Shown here piece after piece: positions 11,644-22,861 of a DNA stretch of 64,000 bases. Each line of letters begins with the position of its first letter. Within the stretch, counting starts at the first letter, position 1. The stretch lies in assembly GCA_026770705.1 (NCBI GenBank), contig JANJGN010000385.1, positions 496,001-560,000 on the forward strand. The letters run 5' to 3'. The stretch comes from Isurus oxyrinchus. Lineage: Eukaryota. The position numbers and the translations under genes were made by a program. The notes beneath the pieces are model-generated. The model had not been told where the DNA came from and did no database searches. It saw nothing but the letters and a program-made list of their open reading frames with translations.

Positions 11644-14024
11644 CTAGAGAACACACAGAAAGAAATCATCACTGACTCTCCGCTTTCAATCTCTCACTCT
11701 GGCTGAACAATCAAGCTTCATATCACTGCAACATTTGCTGTAATATTGACCCATCCACTGGGATTCAATGTGGAATGAATGTTTTCATTGTAAACACTCT
11801 AAGAGTGGACAATCGGAACTTTCCCCTTAGCGTGGAACATTGGTGAGAATGGATCATTGTGCTGTTGGACTCCCTGTCCAATGTTTCTCTCTATTGCTGT
11901 GTACAGGATTGTGCCGTAGAAAATTCTGGAAACGTTTAGTGCCGGGTGGAAATCCATCTCGGACATGTGTGCGTATCAGGCAGGATCGAGATGGACTCCC
12001 CCACGGACTTACACCCCCCGCTTAATAAACAGTTCCAATCTTTACCCAGAGAGAGGGGAGAATGTGGAACTCACTCCCATAGGGATTGGTTGAGGTGAAC
12101 AGGATCGATGTATTTAAGGGGCAGGAGGGTCGGTAACCAGAGGGACACAGATTGACGAACCGGAGGGGGAGATGAGGAGAATTTGTTTTGACAGAGCGAG
12201 TTGTTGTGATCTGGAAGGTGCTGCCTGAAAGGGCGGTGGAAGCAGATTCAATAGGAACTTTCAAAAGTGGAATTGTATAAACACTTGAAGGAGGAAGATG
12301 GGGGCAAAGTGGAGTGGTGGTTAGTGGATCTGATGGGATAGAACATTGAAAAACCTGGCACAGGCACCATGGGCTGAATGGCCTCTTCCTGTGCTGTACC
12401 ATTCTCCGCTTCCATGATCTCTCCCCCAGTCAGTAACCACTCCAGATCCCTCTTGAAGTTGACAGAGAAACAGCAACCACCACACCCACTGACAGCACAT
12501 TCCCGAGGATCACTACTCTCTGGGAAAAGATGAACTCCCCAACATCCAGCCTATTCCTGCTTCCCAGAGAGTGTAAACCCTTCAGGGAGGCGCTGAGGAA
12601 GTTTTCAATAAAATGACATCAAATCCACCGTTTGAGAAATAATTGAATTCCGATGAACTCACAGCTTGTGGAGCAAACTGGGAAGTAGAGTTGCTTGGAA
12701 AGCTGGGAAACACAAGGATTAAGGGCTACAATGCCACCACTGATGGGAGGCTGTAACTGCAGCGTGACGTTTACATAGGCAGTCATCATTATAAACAGGG
12801 GCATTGGACATAATGGGAATTATGTGCACGGAAATAGTGAGAACATTATTTAAGCTTTTCACCAGCAGGAATTCTCTTCCTAAACCTCTCCAACTCTCTC
12901 TTACTCTCAGATACACAAAGAAAATCACACAGAATCAGATAAGGAAGAGTTGGGTTGGTGATTCGTCAAAGGGTTAGGTTTCAGGAAGCTTCTTAAAAGG
13001 AGAGAGAGAGTTGGAGACGCAGAGAGTATCTGTGAGTGCCTCTATGCATCTGAGTGTCTGTAATAGTAATTTCCATATTCTTCCATAAATATGAATGGGA
13101 ACACAAATCCCAGAATTCAGGCCAACTCTCCAGTGCAGTACTGAGGGAGTACTGACATTCCAACTGGGGAGAGAAATATCAATATTTAACTCTGGATGGT
13201 TTGTAGATCCAATAGACTCGATATCCACCCCCTCCATCACTGGGGCACAGTGGCTGCAGTGTGGACCATCTACAGGACACACAAGGATCTCCCCAAGGTT
13301 TCACAATGGATGGAAGAGAATCCTGGTCACAGGAGTGGACAAGTTCATTCTACATTGGCTCATGGTCCTCAGGACCCTGTTTAGTGAAGCCAGTCTTCCA
13401 CCCAACACAGTGTCTACAAGATACACAGGGAAACTGTGTAAATATCTCATCTCTCTACACCGACTGGTTTGTCTTCGGTTTAACTTTCAGTTATTTTACT
13501 TCCTTATTGTGGTTGCTATGGTGAAACTGTGCAGGAAGTGCGAGGGCTGGACTCTCTGTCTATTCTGACTGCAGCTGTGATGTGGTCGTGGTGATTCTCA
13601 GTAAAATGAAACCCTCTGAGCTCCCCCATCCCCAAGGTTTAGGGAGTGAATTCCAGAGCTCAGGCCCCAGGCAGCTGAAGGCCCGGCCGCCAGTATTGGA
13701 GTGATGGGAATCGGGGGATGGTCAAGAGGCCGGAATTGGAGTAACACAGAGATCTGGGACTTTGGTTGGGAGAGTTGCAGGAGCTTACAGAGATGAGGAG
13801 GCAGTGTGAGGCAATGGATGCATTTGAACAAAGAGATGTGACTTTTAAGTTTGAGATGTTGTAGGACCAGGAGACAGATAGTTTAGGGGTGATGGGTGAA
13901 TGGGACTTGGTGTGAGCTTGTACACTGGCTCACTGCTGAATCGGTTCCCAATAACAGCTCAATAAGAATGATCTTTTACAAAGGCTATTAACCATAAATC
14001 TGTCCGAGCTGACGATGATATTAC

Positions 14025-14064
14025 CTTGGAGAAGTGACAGGAGGAAGTAAGATTTTCCAATCAT
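14025..14064 (-). CDS. Unit B leader exon
   Basis: MIGKSYFLLSLLQ-G|GTAA, intact; promoter block at 14518-14660. Confidence 0.75.
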
Positions 14065-14517
14065 TATCCACTCCCAGATATTTCATCAGCTTCTCACTCT
14101 GAAACTCTGAAAGGGAAAGGAGTTAATGAGACCTCACCTCTTGTCCAACAGCTCTCGAGAGATCAGAACTGCTTTTAGACAATGTCTTCACAGAATAATT
14201 CACAGAATAATCATCCCTGTGGGATGATAGGTGTTCTGCAGAGAGTTACAAGGCTTTAAGAATGAAAAACATCAAAGGACTTGCATTTCTATAGCACTTT
14301 TCACCACATCAGGACACCCCAAAGTATCTACAGTTCCCTCATCCCTTGAGCTAGAAAGATGTTCTGTACAACAGACTTGAGTCTCACACCCAGATCTCAA
14401 TAATCAGTGGAAATCTTTCAAAGGCATCAATCATTGGAATCTGTCTTCATAAAGTCACAACATCAACAAAGGACGGTGTTGGTGGTGGAAGTGAATTCCA
14501 ATCGTTCCGTTACTTAC

Positions 14518-14660
14518 CCAGGACCTGTCCGACTGCTCGCCTGGGGAGGAACTGCCCACACGCTCTGCTTGGGCTGAATGACCTCTTCCTGTGCTGCTCC
14601 CTCTGTGTGTTTAATGAGAAAGGGTGGATGTGTCACTTTGAGACAAAATGAGGAAGTTGG
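14518..14660 (-). promoter_or_regulatory. Unit B promoter / non-coding first exon
   Basis: AAAATGAGGAAGT PU.1-like box at ~14645-14657 and GTAAGT donor; paralogous to 7924-8065. Confidence 0.5.
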
Positions 14661-14894
14661 TTCAAAGTGACAGAGCAGCTCATGTTTTGAGATGTTGGTG
14701 AACTGTTAATCCTTTGTGTCCTGACCCTGTGTTGATATTTCTGCTCACAGGTGCACAGTCATTGACCAGGAGTTTCTCCTGTGGGTCAGTGGGTTTCACA
14801 CCCGAACTCAGGGAGTCAGTATGTTTTAGAATTTTGTGGGGTTCAAGACCCCATTCAGCAGATGCCTGCCCCACAGAGTAGACTGAAATTCCCC

Positions 14895-15400
14895 AGTGTC
14901 AGTACTGAGGGAGTGCTGCACTGTCAGTGGGTCAGTACTGAGGGAGTGCTACACTGTCAGAGGAACAGTACTGAGGGAGTGCAGCACTGTCGGAGGGTCA
15001 GTACTGAGGGAGTGCTACACTGTCAGAGGGACAGTACTGAGGGAGTGCTGCACTGTCAGAGGGACAGTATCGAGGGAGTGCTAATCTGTCGGAGAGACAG
15101 TTTTGAGGGAGTGTTGCACTGTCAGAGGGACAGTACTGAGGAATTGTTGCGCTGTTGGAGGGTCAGTACTGATGGAGTGCTGCACTGTCGGTGGGACAGT
15201 CCTCAGGGAGTGCCGCACTGTCGGAGGGTCAGTACTGAGGGAGTGTTGTACTGTTGGAGGTTCAGTACTGAAAGTGCGCTGCACTGTCGGAGGGTCAGTA
15301 CTGAGGGAGTGTTGTACTGTCAGAGGTTCAGTATTGAGTGAGTGCTGCACTGTCAGAGGGTCAGTACTGAGGGAGTGCTGCACTGTCAGGGGGTGAGTAC
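14895..15400. repeat. 33-bp minisatellite
   Basis: Same unit, at the junction of units B and C. Confidence 0.9.
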
Positions 15401-15611
15401 ATTGAGATTCCTGCTCTGCTCTATCAGCCCCTTGGCTGGACATAAAAGCCGCTGTGTTAATGTTCAGAAACGGTTATTAATTGTATTCTGGTCACCATTT
15501 TCCCTCAAAGACAGATTATCTGATTGTCATCAGAATACCTTTCTATGGGATCCTGCTGAGCGTAATCTTGACTGTTCCAGCGAATGTAGAATGAAGGATG
15601 TCCATACTTAC

Positions 15612-15908
15612 ATTGCACAGTTAGTACGAGGGTCCGCTCCGATGAAACAGATGGATATCTCACTCTGCAGCTGAGAGTGTGTCCGTGGTGTTTGAGTGAT
15701 GGGATCAGGGTCAGAACAGAAGTATAGGTCAGAGTGACACCATGCTGAGTTACAGTGTTTGAGACTGATCCACGTACGTCAGTGGGAGTGTCCCAGGTTA
15801 AGACAGGTGCTGCTGTTCCATTGCACGTTGTGTCGAAGGTGCAGCTTACATCCACAGGCTTTCCTGCAATAATTTCAGCAGGGAATATCATGGGTTTATC
15901 TGTGAAAT
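15612..15908 (-). pseudogene. Unit C C2-set exon (open, but part of an inactivated gene)
   Basis: 297 nt, AG/GT intact, near-identical to the other C2 exons. Downstream Ig3/TM exons are missing before the unit B promoter. Confidence 0.8.
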
Positions 15909-16151
15909 CTAACACACAGAGAATGGATCCTTTTAGAGAAATATAACGTGAAGCATCAGTTCAAATAGAAATCACAGCCCTAAGATTAGAGATAGATGGG
16001 AGTGGATGACCTGATAACATTGATGGACACAGTCAATACATTTAATCATTGATATTAAAGTGAGTTTTATAAGTTGCTTTAGGACTGAACGGATGCTATC
16101 ACCCGGTTATTGAGAATCAGACTCTGCGTTATACTAAACTGTGTTTTATGT

Positions 16152-17196
16152 TGTGATGAAACTATGATATTTTTCAGAATAATATTGTCGGCTTATGGGA
16201 ATGAATGTAGATGGTTCCGTCTGCGGGTCTGATTTAATTGAATTCGAGTCAGATCAACTGTGAGGTTAAAACTATCAATAGAGTTTGGTGCAAAGCAGAC
16301 TTCTGAAATGGGGATGGACAAGCTAGGATGAGGGTTCCACAGAAAAGCTGTAAATGAAATTTTAGATCAGTAAAGAGAATGTTTGATTGTCAAAGGGTAG
16401 TTGGGTGTTTATAATTAACAAGATAACCAGGGCAAGGTTATTATGTGTATTCTTCCCAAAAGGAATGGGCCATATTGACAACATGAAAGATTTTTATACT
16501 ATGGGAAAAGTGTATTTCCCAAGACAGGTGCAACAATGGGATTTTATACATTGGAGAGAGAGAAACCAACATAAAGAAGGATGGAATGTTATGTGGGAGG
16601 GGGACATGAATTTCTTGAAAGGTACAGTAGGTGAAGACAGGTGCTGCTGTTCCATTGCACGTTGTGTTGAAGGTGCAGCTTACATCTACACGCTTGCCTG
16701 CAATAATTTCAGCAGGGAATATCGTGGGTTGATCTGTGAAATCTAACAGACAGGGAATGGATCCTTTTAGGTAAAACGTTTCTGTTCACTTTTGCTGCTC
16801 CAGTGCTTATAGGTGTGTTAAAAGACTTTGGAATTACACTGTCAAGTGGGTGCTGCAGTAACCTTGCCGGATTCCCATTTCCATTTAAGATTTATTGGGA
16901 TTGTTGCCTTCAAGGGGGTGTGTAGTTGGAAATTAGGTTAATGAGAAATTTTGGAATTTGTTCTAATATCAAGTAACTGTAATCTTCTGTATGTGTTTGA
17001 ATGTTTCTTCTTTTGTTAATACATTTCTTAATATAATTTTAAAATATCTAAAGGTGTTAGTGGACTCAATTCTTATGCATTCACATCATAAGCCTTCTCT
17101 CAACAAATGTAAATGGCAAAACCTTTGTGGTAGCTTGGCCAAGTTCCCTTTGTGGATTCTCTCCACCTGGCACACATCACCTGCCATGTCATAACA
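16152..17196. mobile_element. Solo LTR inserted in the unit C V-C2 intron
   Basis: Termini TGTGATGA...TCATAACA, imperfect 4-bp TSD atgt/gtgt; absent from the paralogous intron of unit A. Confidence 0.7.
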
Positions 17197-17281
17197 GTGT
17201 TATTATGTAAACGTCAGAGTTTGTGTTCATTCCCATTGAGTGTTGAATGTGAATGTTGAGTAATTATAACACCGCACATAC

Positions 17282-17647
17282 CAGAAACTTGAAGCTGGGT
17301 TACAGGGTAATAGTTATGGCTTGGACCATTGTCAAATTTTATTCTGAAAAAATAAGGTCCTGCATCTTCCCATCTGATGTTGTTTATAATCAGTGAACAG
17401 TCACCATCTTTCAGGTCTCCAGACAGCCGGGTCCGATGCCGGAACAGTGGTAACTCGTGACTGTGATCCTTGGAGTGAAAGGCTATAAAGAATCTTATCA
17501 GGACTTTGTCATTAAACCAGATTCCAATTTGTGGTTGGTTTTCCAGACACGATGGATAACTGTAATGACATGGAATCTGTACACACGAATATTCCTGCGC
17601 TGTCACCTCTCATGGAGTGTCACCTTTCCACTCTTGTGACAGTCCAA
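17282..17647 (-). pseudogene. Unit C V-set exon with premature stop
   Basis: Siglec V exon in which CGA became TGA at 17612-17610. Confidence 0.88.
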
Positions 17648-18743
17648 CTGGGGAGAGAAATATCAATATTTAACTCTGGATGGTTTGTAGATCCACTAGA
17701 CTCGATATCCACCCCCTCCATCACTGGGGCACAGTGGCTGCAGTGTGGACCATCTACAGGACACACAGGGATCTCCCCAATGTATCACAATGGATAGAAG
17801 AGAATCCTGGACACAGGAGTGGACAAGTTCATTCTACATTGGCTCATAGTCCTCAGGACCCTGTTTAGTGAAGCCAGTCTTCCACCCAACACAGTGTCTA
17901 CAAGATACACAGGGAAACTGTGTAAATATCTTATCTCTCTACACTGACGGTTTACCTTTCAGTTAATTCATTTCATTATGGTGAAACTGTGCAAGAAGTG
18001 TGAGGGCTGGACCCTCTGTCTATTCTGAATGCTGCTGTGATGTAATCATGGCCTCTCAGGGAATGGACTATTGGAGTTAATTCATCCCTGAATTTTGATT
18101 TTGAATTCCAGAGCTCGGGGCCCAGGCAGCTGAAGGCACGGCCGCCAATAATGGAATGATGGGAATCGGGGGATGGTCAAGATGCTGGAATTGGAGGAGT
18201 GCAGAGATCTCGGAGGGTTGTAGGTACTGGAGGAGATTACAGAAATAGGGAGGGTTGTAATGGTGGACGAGGTTACAGAGAAAGGGAGGTTTGTAGGGGC
18301 TGGAGAAATTAACAGAGATAGCGAAGGATATAGGGGCTGGAGTTGGTTAAAGAGTTAGGGAGAGTGGTAGGGGCTGGAGGAGGTTACTGAGATAGGGAGG
18401 ATTGTAGGAGCAGGGCAAGGTTACAGAGGTAGGGAGTAATATATGTGCTGGAAGATGTTACAGAGATAGGGAGGTTGGTATGGGCTGGAGGAGGTAACAT
18501 GGATAGGGAGAGTTGCAAAATTTTGGAGGGATTTCTACAGGATGACCTGGATTTTAATTTTCTGTTGCTGTCAGACAGGGAGTCAGTGAATATCAGTGAT
18601 CACAGGGGTGATGGGTGAATGGGACTTGGTGTGAGTTTGTACACTGGCTCACTGCTGAATCGGTTCCCAATCACAGCTCAATAAGAATGATCTTTTACAA
18701 AGACTATTAACCATAAATCTGTCCGAGCTGACGATGATATTAG

Positions 18744-18775
18744 CTTGGAGAACTGACAGGAGGAAGTAAGATCAT
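18744..18775 (-). pseudogene. Unit C leader exon (frameshifted, donor lost)
   Basis: 32 nt versus 40 nt in paralogs (8-nt deletion); donor GT changed to CT. Confidence 0.8.
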
Positions 18776-18894
18776 TGTCCATTCCCAGATATTTCATCAG
18801 CTTCTCACTCTCAAGCTGTGAAAGAGAAAGGAGTTAATGAGACCTCACCTCTTGTCCGACAGCTCTCCAGAGATCAGAACTGCTTTTAGACAAT

Positions 18895-19532
18895 GGGCAG
18901 AGTTTCGCTGTCGGTGAGCAGGGGGCAGGGGTGCAGTGAATTCAGCTGAGGGCCCGCCGACCTGTCAATGGCCAATTGAAGCCATTGACAGGAACATTTA
19001 AACAATGAACCGACCTGCCGGTCCAACCTTAAGGCTGGTGGGCAGGGCAGGAGCTCCAGCGACAACTAGAGAAAACATAAAACCTCATCCACCGGCGGGA
19101 CGAGGATTCATGTCGGTTTTAAAAGAGTTTATTAAAGTTTTGGTGCAGTTTATTAACATGTCCCATCTTGAGTGACACTGTCACGTGAGGGGGACATGTT
19201 GAGGATTTTTTTATTTTTCTATTTTGATTGTTTGAAAACCTTTCAGCGATCTCCCTGAGGCAGCACTTAGCCTCAGGGTGATGTGGGCTTTATCATGCGC
19301 ATGTGTGACAGAGCGCACTCTCGCATTTGGGGAATGTCCCCACCACCCACCCCCCACCCCCGGCCCACACAGGAAGGGCATAGCGCTTCCCGCTGGACAT
19401 CACGCTGGGTGGGCCTTAATTGGCACGCCCACTTAAAATGGCGGCGGGGCCCGCTTCTCCGGTGGGGATTGGCTCCCCGCCCGCTGGAGATTGGGTCAGG
19501 CCCACCCGCTCGACAGGCTGGAAATTCAGCCC
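18895..19532. mobile_element. PIF/Harbinger-type MITE
   Basis: TIRs GGGCAGAGTTTC / GAAATTCAGCCC and a 3-bp TSD AAT; interrupts sequence that is continuous in units A, B and D. Confidence 0.75.
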
Positions 19533-19866
19533 AATGTCTTCACAGACTAATTTGATTCTCTGTGGGATGATAGGTGCTCTGCAGAGAGTTACAAGGCTTG
19601 AAAAAGAAAAACAATGAAAGACTTGCATTTCTATAGCACCTTTCACCACCTCAGGACGCCCCCAAATCTCATGTCTCTGCACTTCCCTCATCCCTTGAGC
19701 TAGAAAGATGTTCTGTACAACAGACTTGAGCCTCACACCCAGATCTCAATAATCAGTAGAAATCTTTCAAAGGCATCAATCATTGGAATCTGTCTTTATA
19801 AAGTCACAACATCAACAAAGGACGGTGTTGGTGGTGGAAGTGAATTCCAATCGTTCCGTTACTTAC

Positions 19867-20010
19867 CCAGGACCTGTCCGACTGCTCGCCTGGGGAGGAA
19901 CTGCCCATACGCTCTGCTTGGGCTGAATGACCTCTTCCTGTGCTGCTCCCTATTTGTGTTTAATTAAAAAGGGTGCATGTGTCACTGTGAGTCAAAATGA
20001 GGAAGTGCTT
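19867..20010 (-). promoter_or_regulatory. Unit C promoter / first exon
   Basis: AAAATGAGGAAGTG at ~19994-20007 and GTAAGT donor; paralogous block. Confidence 0.5.
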
Positions 20011-20109
20011 GGTACCAAGTGAGAAAGCAACTCTTTGCCTCGCACTGTTAGAAAACTGTTAACCCTTTGCGTGCCAATAATGTGGTTGAAGGGCCATCGA
20101 CTGTTCATA

Positions 20110-21300
20110 TGCAACAAGCTCGAGGGTTTGAATGGGCCTCCTCCTGTTCCTGTGTAACAGGCTCGAGGGGTCTAAATGGGCCTCCTCCTGTTCCAGTGTG
20201 ACATGATTGTGTGGCTGATTAAGCCTCCCCCTGTTCCTGTGTAACAGTCTTTGGCAGGGCTGAATGTGCCTCCTCCTATTCCTGTGTAACAGGCTCCAGG
20301 TGCTGAATGCCCTCCCCCTGTCCTTGTGTAACAGGCTCGAGTGTCCGAATAGGCCTCCTCCTGTTCCTGTGTAACAGGCTCAAGAGGCTGAATGGATCTC
20401 CTTGTTTTCCTGTGTTACAGGTTAGATGGTCTGAATGGGCCACCTCCTGTTCCTGTGTAACAGGTTCAAGGGGACAGAATGGGCCTCCTCCTGTTTCTGT
20501 GTAACAGCATCATGGGGCTGAATGGGCCTCCACCTGTTCCTATCTAACAGGCTTGAGTGGCTGAATGGGCCTCCTCCTGTTCCTGTGTAACAGGCTTGAT
20601 GGGGCTAAATGGAGCCCCTAATGTTCCTGTGTAACAAGCTTGTGGAGGCTGAATGGGTCTCCTGTACCTGTGTAACAGGCTCAAGGGGACAGAATGGGCC
20701 TCCTCCTGTTCCTGTGTAACAGGCTCGAGGGAACAGAATGGGCCTCCTCCTTTTTCTGTGTAACAGGCACGAGGGACTGAATGGGTTTCCTATTCCTGTG
20801 TAAGTGGGTTGAGAGACTGAATGTCCTCTTCCTGTTCCTGGGTAACAGGCTCGAGGAGCTGAGACTCTCTCCTGTTCCTGTGGAAGGGTGTTGAGGGACT
20901 AAATGTCCTTTTCCTGTTCCTGTATAATAGGCTCAAGAGGCTGATGGGCTTTCTCCTGTCCTCATGTAACAGGCTTGAGTGGCTGAATGGTCCTCCTCCT
21001 GTTCCTGTGTAACAGGCTTGAGGGAATGAATGGGCCTCCTCCTGTTCCTGTGTAACAAGCTCGAGGGGGCTGAATGGGCCTCCTCCTGTTCCTGTGTAAC
21101 AGGATCAAGAGGCTGAATGGGCCTCTTCCTGTTCCTGTGTAACAGGCTCGAGGGGGCTGAATGGGCCTCCTCCTGTTCCTGTGTAACAGGCTCGAGGGGC
21201 TGAATGTGCCTCCTCCTGTTCCTGTGTAACAGGCTCGAGGGGGCTGAATGGCCTCCTGCTGTTCCTGTGTAACAGGATCAAGAGGCTGAATGTCCTCCTG
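20110..21300. repeat. ~42-bp minisatellite derived from the CR1 3' tail
   Basis: Unit ggctgaatgggcctcctcctgttcctgtgtaacaggctcgagg. Confidence 0.9.
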
Positions 21301-22635
21301 TCATTAAAAATAAATACTGCAGATGCTGTAAATCTGAAATAAAAACAGAAAATGCTGCATTAACTCAGCAGGTCTGGTAGCAGCTGTGGAGAGAGAAACA
21401 GAGTTTTTGCTTATAGACTCTGAAGAAGGGTCATAAGGACACAAAATGCTAATTCTGTTTATCTCTGCACAGATGCTGCCAGACCTACTCAGTTTCTCCA
21501 GCATTTTCTGTTTTTGTATCAGGTGCCCTCTTGTTCCTGTGTAGCAGGTTCGAGGAGGCTGAATGGCCTCCTCCTGTTCCTATTCAATGGGCAGTCAAAG
21601 AATGTCTGATTTTGGACCTCGAACCCAATTCTGTCCTCAGGACATTGACAGAAGGAGAGACCAGTTACAGGTTAATGCCGGAGGATTATTTATTTTCCCA
21701 ATCTTTTATCCAAGTATCTCATCAAACACAGAGCAGAACCAGGATCAAGGATGTTGGTCTCTGTGATCTGTAACACATCGCACAGTCCACCCATCCACTC
21801 AGCCTTCAGGATGGATGCTTATTGTACTCTCCAAGAGTGAAAGACTAAAATGATGGTTTATTGCAGCTATATCTCATTCTGTTGTCAAAGCTGTCTCATC
21901 CATCCATGACATATTGAAGAAGTTAAACCTGCAACCAATTTTTCACATCATAATTTCCTATGTTCATTGGCAACATCAATGTAAACATGTCACGCTGAAA
22001 TGATGTCCTGCCACCAGTGGTGGCACTGTATCACATCTGTTATCCTCTGAGCTGCAGAGAATTTCTCAAATCTCCAATCAAATTGTTTCCCTGTTTCCGG
22101 GATTGCTGATGGTTTTGCTCTTTAACGATGAAGTGTAAAATCCAAATATATATCTGAAAATACATTTGACTACAAAATGCTGAGTAAATTTTACCAATCT
22201 CTTCTGCTCCAATTATCCACCGTTCCTGCATTCCCTGAAATCTACACTGGCTGGTGAATATTCTGTAAACACTGACAGACAGGAAGGTGAATAACAGAAT
22301 GAAAATTAACTCATAATCAAGGACACGGGATTGAATTTGTCCGTTCTGTCCTGGTACATCATCGAACGATATCTAAAGACATTTACAATCAGATTGGAGA
22401 GAAGGATGTTTCCAACAGTGAGGGACAATTCTGAAGGAGGATGTTCGAATTGAAACCCACAGACAATCATCCTGGATAGATCATTCCAAAGAAATTCCAT
22501 CAGATTGTAACAAGAGGTTTAAATCTATTTCCTGGGAGTGAGTTCCTGTGGATATTAGGAAGGTAAATTGGAGTTTTGAATGATTCTCCCGTTCTGTATT
22601 CTCCCCACACTGTGTGTGTCTCATTCTTGCTCAGT

Positions 22636-22752
22636 TTATAAATTCCCATAAACAGAATCCTTGGCAAATTCACAGTTTGCGTAAAGATCATCATCTGTAT
22701 CAGGATTGACTCCGCGGTTAGATTTCATTTCCAGATCCTTCTCATCTTTCTG
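22636..22752 (-). CDS. Orphan cytoplasmic-tail terminal exon with tyrosine motifs (ITIM-like)
   Basis: Acceptor tattacAG(CAG); reads QKDEKDLEMKSNRGVNPDTDDDLYANCEFAKDSVYGNL*. Followed by unique 3' UTR-like sequence with AATAAA at 21862-21857. Confidence 0.7.
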   Translation of the reverse strand, partial: QKDEKDLEMKSNRGVNPDTDDDLYANCEFAKDSVYGNL

Positions 22753-22861
22753 CTGTAATAGAAACAGAAATGATCAGAGTGACAATCAGAGTGATCAGTG
22801 TTTAGTATTATTGATCCAAATCGAAAATTCCACCCACAATACATACATTAATTATTGATAC

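Noticed and set aside
11460-11672. Cys-rich 70-aa ORF (also 46472-46684)
   Set aside because: Wrong-frame reading of the TM exon.
11840-12025. Conserved 61-aa ORF duplicated at 46119-46304
   Set aside because: Antisense and intronic, with no splice or promoter support; the similarity is explained by the unit duplication.
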